64,000 nucleotides of DNA, from positions 5,704,001-5,768,000 of the forward strand of contig NC_043002.1 in assembly GCF_006345805.1 (NCBI RefSeq). Direction: 5' to 3'. Positions 34,860-47,521 of the stretch are shown here, piece by piece (the stretch's first letter is position 1; every line of letters starts with the position of its first letter). The notes under the pieces are model-generated. The model did no database searches, was not told the origin of the DNA, and saw only the letters and a program-made list of their open reading frames with translations. The position numbers and the translations under genes were made by a program. Origin of the DNA: Octopus sinensis. Taxonomy: Eukaryota.

Positions 34860-36465
34860 CTGAATAAGACAAAAAAAAAAAGGAGAAAAAAATATAAGTA
34901 AAATACAGAAATTAGTTACAAAGAAATAAATTATGAATGAGTATTTTTCACAGTTTAATGTTTGAAGCTTGCAAAATCTAAGCTACAACATGTTCACACC
35001 TTAGGACCTCCCATATACATCATACAAATAGTTATTATAGCCAGAACTTCATATATATATTTCCAGTAGTGTTTAAGAACACTAAAGGATTAATAGTAAA
35101 AATGACTTAATTAACCCCTGGTCAACCATAATCAATTTCTGTCCTTGGGTGGCAACTGATATTTCCTATTTGCTTACTCCTAGGGAGTATGAAAAATGGC
35201 TAATATTTCCTTCAAACTTTGCTTTTGCTACATTTATTCAAACCCCAAAGAATTTCTCTCAACACATGGCTATGATGCTCCCTCACTCCTCCTGCTCATG
35301 ATCAGGGATGCACATATTGTCAGCAACTAAGAGACATGCCCAAGTGGTTATGGTCAAGCAACTGACAACCAAATCTATGGTGTTGAACAGAATATTTACT
35401 ATAATGATATTTCTTCTTCAGCAATTCAATGCTGAATCTGTCTGAAATGTAATGGAAAATAGGTCCGTTTCAAAACATTGATGTCCAGGTCACAAAAGCA
35501 AAGTCTGAAGGGAACAGTAGTCATTTCCTTTGATTTCTAGATAGAAGCAAATAGGAAATAACACTAATGAAAGACAAAAAAAAATTGTAATTATAGGTAT
35601 TCCAGCCAAGATCTTTTTTATAAAACAATTAGGGTGATATAAGAGGGAGATTTAACTACAATGTTTAGCAACATGAGCAACCACATAGCAACTCTTTCAT
35701 TGACTTGAGTTTAAGTAAATAAAACATTATTTCATTAAATTCCGGGGCAGTAGTATTTAGAATCAAACCTTCTATATTTTAAATTCAAATTATTCTAACA
35801 AATCATCTCATATCATTCTTTCATCTTTCCAGGGCTGATTAAATTTGTACCAGAAAAAATATTTATGGGCATTCAAATTAACGAAATTCCTCCACTTACA
35901 AATAAACCTATGGTCATATATACAACCACTCAACCAATATGAGAAATTAGTATCAATTTCATAAACTAAATGTTATTGCTAATCAATCCAAACCAGTTCA
36001 TTAAGGTTTAATACACTGGGACAATAATTGTGAGATTAAAGTGCAGCACTATTAGTTGTGGGGCGAATGAGGTCAAACATTTATTAATTACTAGGGTAAT
36101 AACTGTAGATTAAGGATAAACAAACAGATAGTGTCATATCTATTATGTATTTAGTTTTGAAGGGAAATCAAACACACAGGAGCTCTTTTGACAGCCAGGA
36201 ATGATGAAATGTCTGGCAAGGTACATAACTCAGCTTTACTCAAACAACTCGACTGACAAGTTAACTTACTTTGATGCCATTTACATGAAAAAAAAAAAGA
36301 ATAGATAACAGTTTTAACATATTTATTGCAGGAAGCATGAAAAAGCTAACATGAAAAAATTATGCAATGAGGGGTAAAAAAGGAAAATACTGGAACTAGA
36401 ATCTGACAATTAACTAACATTCTGGTTGGGTCTTTAGGTTGGCTACTTCCTTTCTTCGCTACAGT

Positions 36466-36630
36466 GTTTAGCGTCCGCTTTCCATGCTGGCATGGGTTGG
36501 ACGGTGCAACTGGGGTCTGGGAAGCCAGAAGGCTGCACCAGGCCCAGTCTGATCTGGCAATGTTTCTACGGCTGGATGCCCTTCCTAACGCCAACCACTC
36601 CATGAGTGTAGTGGGTGCTTTTTACGTGCC
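36466..36630 (-). mobile_element. Family C (RTE tail) copy
   Basis: Reverse complement of the RTE 3' tail. Confidence 0.8.
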
Positions 36631-37108
36631 ACATAAATAGAAAAATATACATAAAATGTTAACACTAATTTTATAATTGTTTTTTTCATAGTCTAAGAGT
36701 AATTTACACTCAATTTGATAAGAATGTTTAAAGTCACGGCAGGTTGAGCTAGCACCTGAAAGCTTGGCAGATGTATGTCTTACTAGCAGGGTGGCAACTC
36801 AGTGGCCAAATAAGCTGTAAATATATAAGAACCTCATAGCTATAATAAGCAGGTGAAGCACCATAAGCGTTATTTACAGTTTACTGAGTATTTTGCTAGA
36901 TCCTCCCAGGAAGTGTAAAATTTCACCAGGCTATACAACAATACATAAAGATGAAGTTCGTTACAGTGATACTACAAGCTGATGGGTTATTGAGGCCCCC
37001 CAGCCTGCCCCAACATAAAACCTTGCCAAACACAAAATACAGGTCTTACGTTCAAATTCAGTGCATCGTGTGCAACAAGAAATGAAGCATATTATTAACA
37101 AGTGGACT

Positions 37109-37360
37109 GGAGGCGCGTGGCTTAGTGCTAGGCTGTTGAACTCATGATCGTAAGGTTGTGGTTTCGATTCTTGGACCGGGCGATGCGTTGTGTTCTTGAG
37201 CAAAACACTTCATTTTCACGTTGCTCCAGTCCACTCAGCTGGCGAAAGATGAGTAATCCTGCAATGGACCGGCGTCCCATCCAGGTGGGGAATTTCTACG
37301 CCACTGAAACCGGGAAACTGGCCATTATGAGTCTGGCATGGCCTGAGAAGGAACATTTAT
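37109..37360 (+). mobile_element. tRNA-headed CORE-like SINE (family D)
   Basis: GGAGGCGCGTGGCTTAGTG..GGTTTCGATTC head; GTGTTCTTGAGCAAAACACTT core. Confidence 0.75.
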
Positions 37361-37571
37361 TATTCCAACCCATGCTAGCATGGAAAATGGACGTTAAACG
37401 ATGATGATGATTAACTCTTCTACTGCCATATTTGACAACAGCTGAGTAAACAAGCCAAAGGAACCACTAAATGGCCACATAACTGCTAAAAATAGCAAAC
37501 AAATTCTCCTCAAATCATACTCTATTGTGTTGGGAATGGAGAAACTACACTGAATAACGCAATACCTTATT

Positions 37572-37770
37572 CATCATCATCATTGTTTAACGTCCGTTTT
37601 CCATGCTAGCATGGGTTGGACGGTTCGACAGGGGTCTGGGAAACCAGGAGGCTGCACCAGGCTCCAGTCTGATCTGGCAGTGTTTCTACAGCTGGGTGCC
37701 CTTCCTAATGCCAACCACTCCGTGAGTGTAGTGGGTGATTTTTACGAGCCACCGGCACAGATGCCAGGGG
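37572..37770 (-). mobile_element. Family C (RTE tail) copy
   Basis: CATCATCAT..TTTAACGTCCGTTTTCCATGCTAGCATGG... Confidence 0.85.
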
Positions 37771-38976
37771 ATGCATATTCATAGATACTAAAAGGTGGGA
37801 TGTTCATGGGTGGAAAGACTTTGATGATAGTTCTCTCAATCAAGTTTGACTTAAAGATGAACAACAAAACCCATTGATTAATAGCATTCACAATTATTTT
37901 GTTCCATTAGCTACCAATGACTGTCATTTTGCCTTAAACACAGCTGTTCCATTAACTGTAATTGGCTCGTTTACTTCTAGTTTTCATGTTTAGAGATAAT
38001 AACAGCTAAAATTAGAGAAATGTAGAAGACAGAAACTGTACAGAGAAGGTCATTGGATATGTGAGTGAGTGCATAAGTGGAGGAGGTAGATAGAAAGATA
38101 GAGACAGTGAGAGAGAGAGAGAGAGAGAGTATGGGGGTTAGTAACCTCAGCCTGAAAAAAAACCTGTACCCTCTATACAACCACCAAGAAATCAAAGCAA
38201 TTCTAGGGACTGGAAGAACCCTGCAAAGGGAGAATGAAGCATTGTAGCTAAAGCTGAAAGACTGCTACACTGCTGCCAAAAGCTTTCCAGATACCATGGA
38301 GCAAAACCACATGTGCTTCGTGAATCATTAGAACTATGCATTAAAATGGACAAAACAGCCCTGGGTTGCTACAAAGTGCAAAACAGCCGACCTTGCCATC
38401 CCAGTAAGAAAATGAGAAGTTCTAGAAGCTGCAGAAATTTAAAGATAGAGATGAATGGAGGGAGTCTGTTCATGGTCTAAACTTCAAGGGGAACCAAGGG
38501 CCTCAGTAAGAGAGTAAGACTAAGTAATGCAGTTGATCTACTCGAAAAAGAACAAAAAAAAAACCACTTAAAGTTAATATCCCAGCATGGCTGCAGTCTA
38601 AGGAATGGAACCAATGGATGTAAGAATTCCAACAAGAATATATCAAAGCAAAAAAAAAAAAAAACAAGAAAAAAAAAGCTAGGCAGTGGGAATTATTTTT
38701 TATTAAGACCAAATGCAAGGTTCTATTCGAGAAATTGGTAGTGATGGCATTGCTGCTAAGGATGATGATATTGGCTATCTTAAAAGGTCATATTTTACCC
38801 TGAAAAATGATGTGGCAAGGTGGAGAGCCAGGTTGTGGTCAATGTGACACTGAAAGGGTTAATTGAGACAGATACAATTAACAGATACAATTAACAGCTG
38901 TTGATAAAAAAAAAAAGAGTCAATTAATAACAAAAAAGAAAATCAAAACTTTCGCACTAAATACGGTCTACTTTAC

Positions 38977-39126
38977 CTATTTTGGTTTTCTTGCTCTCCT
39001 TTTTACTGTGGTGCTTCTCCTTGCTTTTTTCAAAAGACTCCTGTTTTGATTTTGATACCACCCCTAACCGCTGATGTGCAGACAACCGATCTTCCACACT
39101 GTCTTTCTGTTGAAAAGTATGACTAC
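38977..39126 (-). CDS. Host gene internal exon, 150 nt (GSHTFQQKDSVEDRLSAHQRLGVVSKSKQE...KTKI)
   Basis: TTTTATTTTTCCAG acceptor, G|GTAAAG donor, phase 1-1, open frame. Confidence 0.8.
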
Positions 39127-39237
39127 CTGGAAAAATAAAATATGTTCAAAAGGAAATGATTAGCAAAATATCATAGACTGCCAATGAAGAGAAGATATTG
39201 TTAATTAACGAAGAGTTATCATCATCATCGTTTAACT

Positions 39238-39371
39238 TCCGCTTTCCATGCTAGCATGGGTTGGACGGTTTGACTGTGGGCTGGTGAACCAGATGGCTGC
39301 ACCAGGCTCCAGTCTTCTGGTTCGCCAGCCCACAGTCAAACCGTCCAACCCATGCTAGCATGGAAAGCGGA
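39238..39371. repeat. 56 bp foldback made from an RTE tail
   Basis: Arms 39238-39293 and 39316-39371 differ at one position; 22 nt loop. Confidence 0.9.
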
Positions 39372-40224
39372 CGTATGGTTAACAATATTAGACAATATAA
39401 GCACTGACAAAAGACAAAAAATGAGTAACTCAAGTAATGTATCTAGAGTGGTAATGTAGATTTAGAAAGTTTTCTTGACCAGCTCTATCAAATGCTTGGT
39501 CAACAACATGTGTGGGCCAACTAAAGCTATGGACAAAGAAAATTTGAAAAATGATAACAGAAAACCAGAACTAAATTATGTATTCAATTCCCTTGAATCT
39601 TCACATCAGCTGTTGTTGTTGTTGTTGTTTAGTTCCAAATCAGCTTCGACTGAGCTGATATAATCAAAGGGAATTCCAGTTGTGGTAATTCCATCTTTTT
39701 GGACATCTGAGACTATATTATCCAATGTCTGCATCTTTACAAATGTTGGATGCATTCTGAGCAAGATTTGGTTGCTATTTCTAGCTAGTTGAATGAATTT
39801 GTTGAGGCGCTCTTGTTACAGTATAAGCACTCAGTAACATACAGAAGTCAATTCACTCTGCTAACCCCTACCTAGCCCTAAAGATTTGCCAAGTTTGTGA
39901 AGAGAAATGAATAAATATCACCATTAACATCAAAGACAATCCAAATATTTCAGATGGTGGTTGCCCCAGATCAAACCTGATTGAGGAGATCAATGAACAG
40001 GGGTATTCAAGCTGTGACCATCTTTCTTTTTAGGCATATCTAGGATTACATTACCCAATGTAACCTTTCATTTTTAAAACAGGGGATATAGTTTCAGGGA
40101 GAAATGACAATGATTTCTAATAGGACAGGGTTCAAATAGACCAGTGGTTTTGAAACAATTTGCCTAAAGGGGATTCTTGATTTACTCTGAATTTTAAAAA
40201 ATACATTTTAAAAATACATCGAAA

Positions 40225-40503
40225 TCGAAATCACTCAAAAAATAATGGAAATTGTAGTTGTGATACCAGTGCTGGTGGCACGTAAAAGAACCATCCAAAC
40301 GTGGCCGTTGCCAGCCTCGCCTGGCACGTAAAAAGCACCCGCTACGCTCACGGAGTGGTTTGCATTAGGAAGGGCATCCAGCTGTAGAAACACTGCCAGA
40401 TCAGACTGGGCCTGGTGCAGCCTTCTGGCTTTCCAGACCCTAGTCGAACCATCCAACCGATGCTAGCATGGAAAGCGGATGTTAAATGATGATGATGATG
40501 ATG
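40225..40503 (+). mobile_element. Family C (RTE tail) copy
   Basis: AATCGAAATC, hairpin repeats, (GAT)n tail. Confidence 0.85.
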
Positions 40504-41019
40504 ACCTTTTAAGTCTTTAGATAATCCACATGCTTGAGGGCATTTTGAAAATGTGTTACTCATAATTTTGCTATAATAATAATGATGATGATAATGAGCT
40601 TCTTGTATAGTACAAAGATGTACTACAACACACTGGAAAAGAGTGAAAGAGAAGACAATGCAGCAATAAGTCAAATGAAGAAGGACAATAACAACAGCCA
40701 AAAGTAAATACATCGTCCACAGGATAAAACACAAACAAGGAAAGTGAAAAGTAAAAACACCGCAAAGAGTGAAGTCATACACAAGTATGACTAATAAAAT
40801 GAGATTTTGAAATTTTTAGCTCAAAAGATTTAAAAACAGAAAAAGAAAACCTTTCCAAGCAAAGTATAGAGGTAATTTATTTTTATTTCATCTCTAGTGT
40901 ACTGTAGAGTTTAAAAGACTGAGAAATCATTGACATAGACCATACCTTTGTAATTGGATTTGGTAGATGGAAACTGAAAGAAGCCCAGCATATGTGTATA
41001 TACATATGTATGTATGTTG

Positions 41020-41425
41020 AAATCAAACTCAGTGACTGGCATCCGTTGCTAGTGGAGCGCTAAGAGTACCATACGAGTGAGATCGTTGCCAGAGCAACAA
41101 GCTGGCCTTTGTGCTGGTGGCATGTGAAACATTCGAGCGAGTTCATCGCCAGTGCCACTGGACTGGCTCCTGTGCCGGTGGCATGTAAAAAGTACCATTT
41201 GGGCATGGCTACTGCCAGTATCACCAAACTGGCCCTCGTGCCGGTGGCACGTAAAAGCACCCACTACACTCTCGCAGTGGTTGGCGTTAGGAAGGGCATC
41301 CAGCTGTAGAAACTCTGCCAGATCAAGATTGGAGTCTGGTTCGCCAGACCTCAGTCAAATCGTCCAACCCATGCTAGCATGGAAATCGAACATTAAACAA
41401 TGATGATGATGATGATGATGATGAT
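41020..41425 (+). mobile_element. Family C2 copy
   Basis: Four hairpin modules plus tail; homologous to 30570-30872. Confidence 0.85.
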
Positions 41426-41699
41426 GTGTGTGTGTGTTTGTGTCTCCTTGTGTTGACATAGTATGATAGTAGTAAAATAGTTGTCGCTTTCATAAAAGCA
41501 ATGTCAGTCATTTCCAATATTCTGAGAACATGCCTCACCACGAGGAATTATTATCTTGCTCGGTGAAATGTGAGGATTGGCAACAGGGAGGGCCTCTTGC
41601 CATAGAAAATCTGCCTCAATGAATTCTATCTAATGCATGTAAGCAGTGGAAAAGTGGACATTAAAATGATGATGGATTCCTTCATTGGCTCATTAAATA

Positions 41700-42075
41700 T
41701 TAGTAGGGTGCCGAGAGCACCATCCGATCATGATTATTGCCAGAGCAGCCAACTGGCTTCCGTACCCATGGCACATAAAAGGGCACCATTCGAGTGTGAT
41801 CGTTACCAAAGTCGCCTTACTGGCACCTGTGCTAGTGGCACGTGTAAAAAAAATTCAAGCGAGGTCATTGCTAGTACCGCCTGAATGTAAATCAGAATGT
41901 AAATCAGAATATACGACAGGCTTCTTTCAGTTTCCGTCTACCAAATCCACTCACAAGGCTTTGGTCGGCCCGAGGCTATAGTAGAAGACACTTTCCCAAG
42001 GTGCCACGCAGTGGGTCTGAACCCGGAACCATGTGGTTGGTAAACAAGCTACTTACCACACAGCCACTCCTGCGC
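41700..42075. mobile_element. C2 fragment (+, 41700-41885) joined to a family B head (-, about 41910-42075)
   Basis: Direct similarity to other copies in the window. Confidence 0.7.
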
Positions 42076-42360
42076 CTAATGTATAACAAACACACTAAAA
42101 AATTTTTCTTGCATTCCCATCAAAATTTTCCACCCTTTTACTGCCTTCTGACTGGGAGAATAGTTTTATCTTCCTTGTTTTTCTTTCGAGAAAGAGTAGC
42201 TATTCATTGTTCTCTGTAAAGTCTCAGTTGAAAGCTCATATCTAGTCAAAATCCTTATCAAGTAAAACTACACCAGGTTGAATAAACACCCCCCAGTGAA
42301 AAGCATTAATAAAAAAAAAAAAAGAAGCAAAATTTTTTAATAAAAATATCTACATAGGCA

Positions 42361-42755
42361 CAGGAGTAGCTGTGTGGTAAGTAGCTTGCTAACCAACCAC
42401 ATGGTTCTGGGTTCAGTCCCACTGCGTGGCATCTTGGGCAAGTGTCTTCTGCTATAGCCTCGGGCCGACCAATGCCTTGTGAGTGGATTTGGTAGACGGA
42501 AACTGAAAGCAGCCTGTCGTATATATATATATTTATGAGTGTGTGTTTGTGTGTCTGTGTTTGTACCCCCACCATTGCTTGACAACCGATGATGGTGTGT
42601 TTACATCTCCGTCACTTAGCGGTTCGGCAAAAGAGACCGATAGAATAAGTACTGGGCTTACAAAGAATAAGTCCCGGGGTCGATTTGCTCGACTAAAGGC
42701 GGTGCTCCAGCATGGCCGCAGTCAAATGACTGAAACAAGTAAAAGAGTAAAGAGT
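42361..42755 (+). mobile_element. SINE family B, full copy
   Basis: Matches 5428-5840; the tail ends about 6 nt from the splice donor at 42762. Confidence 0.88.
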
Positions 42756-42762
42756 AACTAAC

Positions 42763-44061
42763 CTGAGTTGAAAGTAATGTTCACCACTGGGCTTTTCGGT
42801 GGCCTTTCTAAATAAGTCTGATCTTCACTGGTCTGTTGTAGATGTCGGCTAGAATCTTTTGTAATCCTTTTTCTTTTTGATCGATCTTCCATAAGGCTAA
42901 TCCAACCTCTCACAGCTGAGTGTTTACTTTGAATTCTGTTGTGTGCCAGCACGGATTTGGGTTTGTGCTCCTGTTTCACAGAACTAACTGAGTCCAAAAG
43001 ATCAAATTTGCGAGAATTTGACTGACAATGTTTTTTTAAAAATGTGTTCTCGTTGCATTCCTCAGAGTCACTTTGATCAGATAAATATTTGCTTGCAATA
43101 ATTTTACGACAGACCCAACTGCTGCCATCTTCCTTTTGAATAACTTTCCGTTGCTTACCCTCATTATTCGAGACAGGGTAAACAAAACGTTTACTACTAG
43201 AACTACTCCCAGACCGTCTTTGTCGAACGGACACTTTATCTCTTTTCTGTAATGATTGGCTAACATCATCAGACAAGCTTCCACCACCGTATTTGCTCTC
43301 GCTGCGGCTACGCGAACGTTTGTGGACTCTTCGATGTCCACGCTCTCTTCGATGTTGACTGACGAATGACAAAGGCTTTGAAGTATCAGCCTCATCATAA
43401 TTTCGTTCTCTCAGATCACGTGAGTGTAATACCGATTCCTTTTCACTGCTGGAATGTAATGCATCACTTGTTCGGTGGTGTTTACGATGTTTTCTAGATT
43501 TAGGTACAATGCCCTTCAGAGAGATAGTTTTTTTCAATTCGGAAGGTGATATTTCTTTGGTGGAATCAAACTTGCGTTTCCTTGCCTCAAAGACTTCAAG
43601 TCCTGTGGAATGTCCTCCGTCAAGTTGCTCAGAATCAAGTGGTTCCGAATCAAGGGGCTCAGCATCAAGCAACTCAGAACATGGAATTTCTGGGGTGAGG
43701 TTTTCAGGTGATTTCCCCTCAATCGCATCATCAATATCGCCATTTTCTTCAATGTCCAACAACGGTTCATCATACTCCTGTAATAAACAGTCTGAAAGTT
43801 TATCTTCAAACAAAATACTATCCACAGTTCTTTCGGTGTCGGAATTCTCATCTTTCTCCAGAGGTCGTTCTTGAGTGACAATCCGGGTGTCCAAGGTGAG
43901 TGAATGACAGCAATCTGAATCAGAGTCAGACTCTAACTTACTGTTGTTGTTGTTTGCAGTGTGGGTCACTGTAGGAGAGGAGAGATCAGAAGAATCTAAA
44001 ACAGATTCATCACTTTCAGAATCTTCATCAGCATCGTAACGACTAAATTTCCCAACCTTTC
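42763..44061 (-). CDS. Host gene large exon, 1299 nt (acidic, then Ser/Arg/Lys-rich, low complexity)
   Basis: CTTTTTGTTTCTTTTTCAG acceptor, G|GTTAGT donor, phase 1-1; 433 open codons including ORF 42758..43969; joins the upstream exon as ...CLVKK-R-KVGKFSRYDADEDSES. Confidence 0.88.
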
Positions 44062-44454
44062 CTGAAAAAGAAACAAAAAGTCATCATTGAAAAGTTATCT
44101 ACTGAAACTAGATAAACCATAACTATTCATAAATATAAATTTACAACAAAACAGCACAGACAAATTATTTCGTTAGTTCAAAACGAGAATAATCAATAAT
44201 TTTTCCTATACATTATTGGTATACCTCTGAGCCACAAAAGACTTTTGCCTAGCTCTAAACTTCTACTGCACAATAAATATATCTCACTAAAAGTTCAAGA
44301 GAATCTTCAGAACGTGTACTTCAGCTTTGGTTTCATATCATGGAAAAAAAAGATGAATCTCAGAATGTACATGATACCAGTCATTCTGAAATACATTCTA
44401 AGAGGATCTCTGTTATGTAGTTCAGATAATTAAGTGTTCCATAAATATACAGTC

Positions 44455-44820
44455 AAGTTGACTACATCCTAGCCAGGAAACGTGAAAGATGGCTACTTAT
44501 AAATGCCAAAACTTTCCCAGGTGAAGAATGCACCCCACAACATAGATTAGTAGTTAGTGACTTCAGAATCAGGGCTAAATGGATGCCCAGAAGACGATCA
44601 GCATGGAGAAGAAGGGTCTGGAAGCTTAAGGATCCTGTGAATGGACAGAGATTTAGAGACGTATTACTCAAAGCTTTTGACGAAATAGAGGAGGATATAG
44701 CATCACATGATGTGGAAGACAACTGGAGCCTGGTACAGCCTTCTGGCTTGCCAGCCCTCAAACTGTCCAACCTATACCTGCATGGAAAGCTGACGCTAAA
44801 CGACAACGATGATGATGATA
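44455..44820 (+). mobile_element. RTE fragment: endonuclease C-terminus fused to the 3' tail
   Basis: QVDYILARK..GEECTPQHRLVVSDF..RRVWKLKD to about 44725, then a C-type tail ending GACAACGATGATGATG. Confidence 0.75.
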
Positions 44821-45219
44821 CAGAAAAATGCCACCAATGAATTTGAACTTAAAGTGTATGAGCTCACTATTCAAAACTTTAGTCACGCGATTTTATCTTT
44901 AGAATGATTAGTTACTTAGGTTAGAAAACACTATAAATTTGGGTTTTTAGCATATGGGTTGTGAAGGACAACAATATCAAGATGGAATATATTGTCAAAT
45001 AAACCTCCTAAGAAGGTGTATATGTAGGAATACAGTCATCTCATCTAGGTTCTCCCATAGGACACCCCATTTAAGGGTTGTGGTTGCACATACTATAGGA
45101 GTCACATGGTGCTGCTCCATGGGTCCCACAGTTTCCATCTAACTAGGAATATTAGGGTCTCATCCATTGTCTTGTACTCAAGATCCTCTGCATGACACCC
45201 TGCTAGTTCAAAGCCAGGA

Positions 45220-45790
45220 ATCTGATCTGTTAGGTCCCCTGCCAATAACTAAATCCACGCCCTGCTGTCGACGCTTCGATTTATCGTCTTTAAGGTTTTT
45301 GTCTGCCTCCTACCCTTCGACCTGTCTGGCCTGGTAAGACCTGCCTGAAGATTTCTCTCTCTCCAGCATATCTCTCCGGGTCAATGGATCACACAGGCAC
45401 TTCACCGCGACATGGTACTTGTTGAATTGGCCATTGACCACAGTAGTTCTTCTGCCCTCTGACAGGTCTCATTTTTCATCCCACAGGGTGTCCAACAATC
45501 ACCCTCTTCGCCAAGCAAGCTTGATGGGATTGCCAGTTTAGTCACCAACGACCCGACCATGTGACAAGGTTGTACTGGGTTAGCCCATGTTTCACTGCCA
45601 TGTAGTATGGCTGTTCACACACATACATCATACATCATACCTTTTACTCTGAGTGAGAGGCCCTTTGTCACCAGCAGAGGTAGGAGTTCTCTGAACTTTG
45701 CCCAGATTTGATCACCTAGGTAACGGAAGCTATCAACTACTTCTAGTTTTTGCCCCCTGGCATATGACGGTAACAGGTAGTGCTCAACTG
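45220..45790 (-). mobile_element. RTE pieces: RT C-terminal fragment (45790-45580) and 5'UTR-like segment (about 45560-45220)
   Basis: LEVVDSFRYLGDQ..WAKFRELLPLL..LHGSETWA; minus strand GGCAGGTCTTACCAGGCCAGACAGGTCGAAGGGTAGGAGGCAGAC resembles RTE 5'UTRs (recall). Confidence 0.6.
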
Positions 45791-46084
45791 AATCAACAAC
45801 CTGCATAAGTCTTAGGAAGGACAAGATAATGATTCTTGCAAAGGAGAGGGAAACAAAACATGCTTCATCATGGATATGAGAGAGGCAGGTAAAAGAAAGG
45901 CAAAAGTTGATTACAAATAGCAAATCCGAAACCAAGGTGAAACAAAATTGTTCCTTTATAGTGAAATAGTTACAGCTGATCACAGCTTCTTGTGGTGGTT
46001 GTAAGAAGGTAAAAGCATGCTAAGATGTAGGCTAAAAGGAAAACAGATATTTTTAGTAGCATCAATGCAGTTCAGTACTATCTT

Positions 46085-47517
46085 GAAAGAGCAATACTGT
46101 CAGCTATACACCTTCAGGTAGATGGCCCTGCTCGATCTGTAGAAAAGGTGTAGGTAGAAACTCTATAAGATGCACCAAGTGTAAGCTATGGACACATAAG
46201 AGATGCAGCAATGTCAAAGGAAGGCTAACTAGGAAGATGGTTTTTGTATGTGGCAGATGCTCAGGAACAATAAACACTGAAAATGCTCTGAGACCAACTT
46301 CCGTCACTTTCCAGGGAGAAAAACTAGAAATAGTTGATAGTTTCCGTTACCTAGGTGACCAAGTCAGCAGCGGGGGCGGGTGTGCTGAAAGTGTAATGCT
46401 AGAGTAAGAATAGCTTGGGCAAAGTTCAGAGAGCTCTTACCTCTGCTGGTGACAAAAGGCCTCTCGCACAGAGTGAAAGGCAGACTGTATGATGCGTGTG
46501 TACGAACAGCCATGCTACATGGCAGTGAAACATGGGCCGTGACTGCTGAGGATATGCGTAAGCTCGCTAGAAATGAAGCCAGTATGCTCCGATGGATGTG
46601 TAATGCCGGTACTCACACTCGGCAGAGTGTAAGTACCTTGAGAGAAAAGCTGGACCTAAGAAGCATCAGTTGTGGTGTGCAAGAGAGACGTTTGCGCTGG
46701 TATGGTCATGTGGCGAGAATGGATGAAGATAGTTGTGTGAAAAAGTGCCACACCCTAGCGGTTGAGGGAACCTGTGGAAGAGGCAGACCCAGGAAAACCT
46801 GGGACGAGGTGGTGAAGCACGACCTTCGAACTTTAGGTCTCACTGAGGAAATGACTAGAGACCGAGACCTCTGGAAGTGTGCTGTGCGCGAGAAGACCCG
46901 GCAGGACAAGTGAGTCCATAACCCGTGGCCTTCTACATGGGATGGAGCCAGCCTACGTATGCATACCTTCCCTTCTTGGGACACAAAACTCTACTTGTGA
47001 AGACGTGATGAGGCAAGTGAGGATCAGAATCGAAATCGATCAATGGAAATTGCGGATGTGCTACCAGTGCCGGTGGCATGTCAAAACTCTGCTTGTGAAG
47101 ACCCGTTGAGGCAAGTGACGATCAGAATCGAAATCGATCAATGGAAATTGCAGATGTGTTACCAGTGCCGGTGGCATGTAAGAGAACTTTCCATTTCGCA
47201 ACCGTTGCCAGCACCGCCCCGTTTCGTGTCCGTTGCCAGCCTCGCCTGGCCCTCGTGCCGGTGGCACATAAAAAGCACCATCCGTTCGTGGCCGTTTGCC
47301 AGCTCTGTCTGGCACCAGTGCGGGTGGCACGTAAAAAGCACCCACTACACTCACGGAGTGGTTGGCGTTAGGAAGGGCATCCAGCCGTAGAAACACTGCC
47401 AGATTTGACTGGGCCTGATGAAGCCTTCTGGCTTCACAGACCCCAGTAGAACCGTCCAACCCATGCTAGCATGGAAAACGGACGCTAAACGATGATGATG
47501 ATGATGATGATGATGAT
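46085..47517 (+). mobile_element. RTE-clade LINE, 5'-truncated 1.4 kb copy with PHD finger, ORF2 C-terminus, 3'UTR and (GAT)n tail
   Basis: CSIC..CTKC..HKRC..CGRC, LEIVDSFRYLGD, LHGSETW, RLRWYGHV, GRGRPRKTW; stop at 46911-46913. Confidence 0.92.
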
Positions 47518-47521
47518 GCAG

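Noticed and set aside
38160-38460. Possible old RTE-X fragment (DCYT..KAFQIPWSK)
   Set aside because: Similarity is too short and degenerate to support by eye.
42758-43969. 403 aa ORF as a standalone single-exon gene
   Set aside because: It starts at GTG inside a longer open frame bounded by canonical splice sites; it is one exon of the multi-exon gene.
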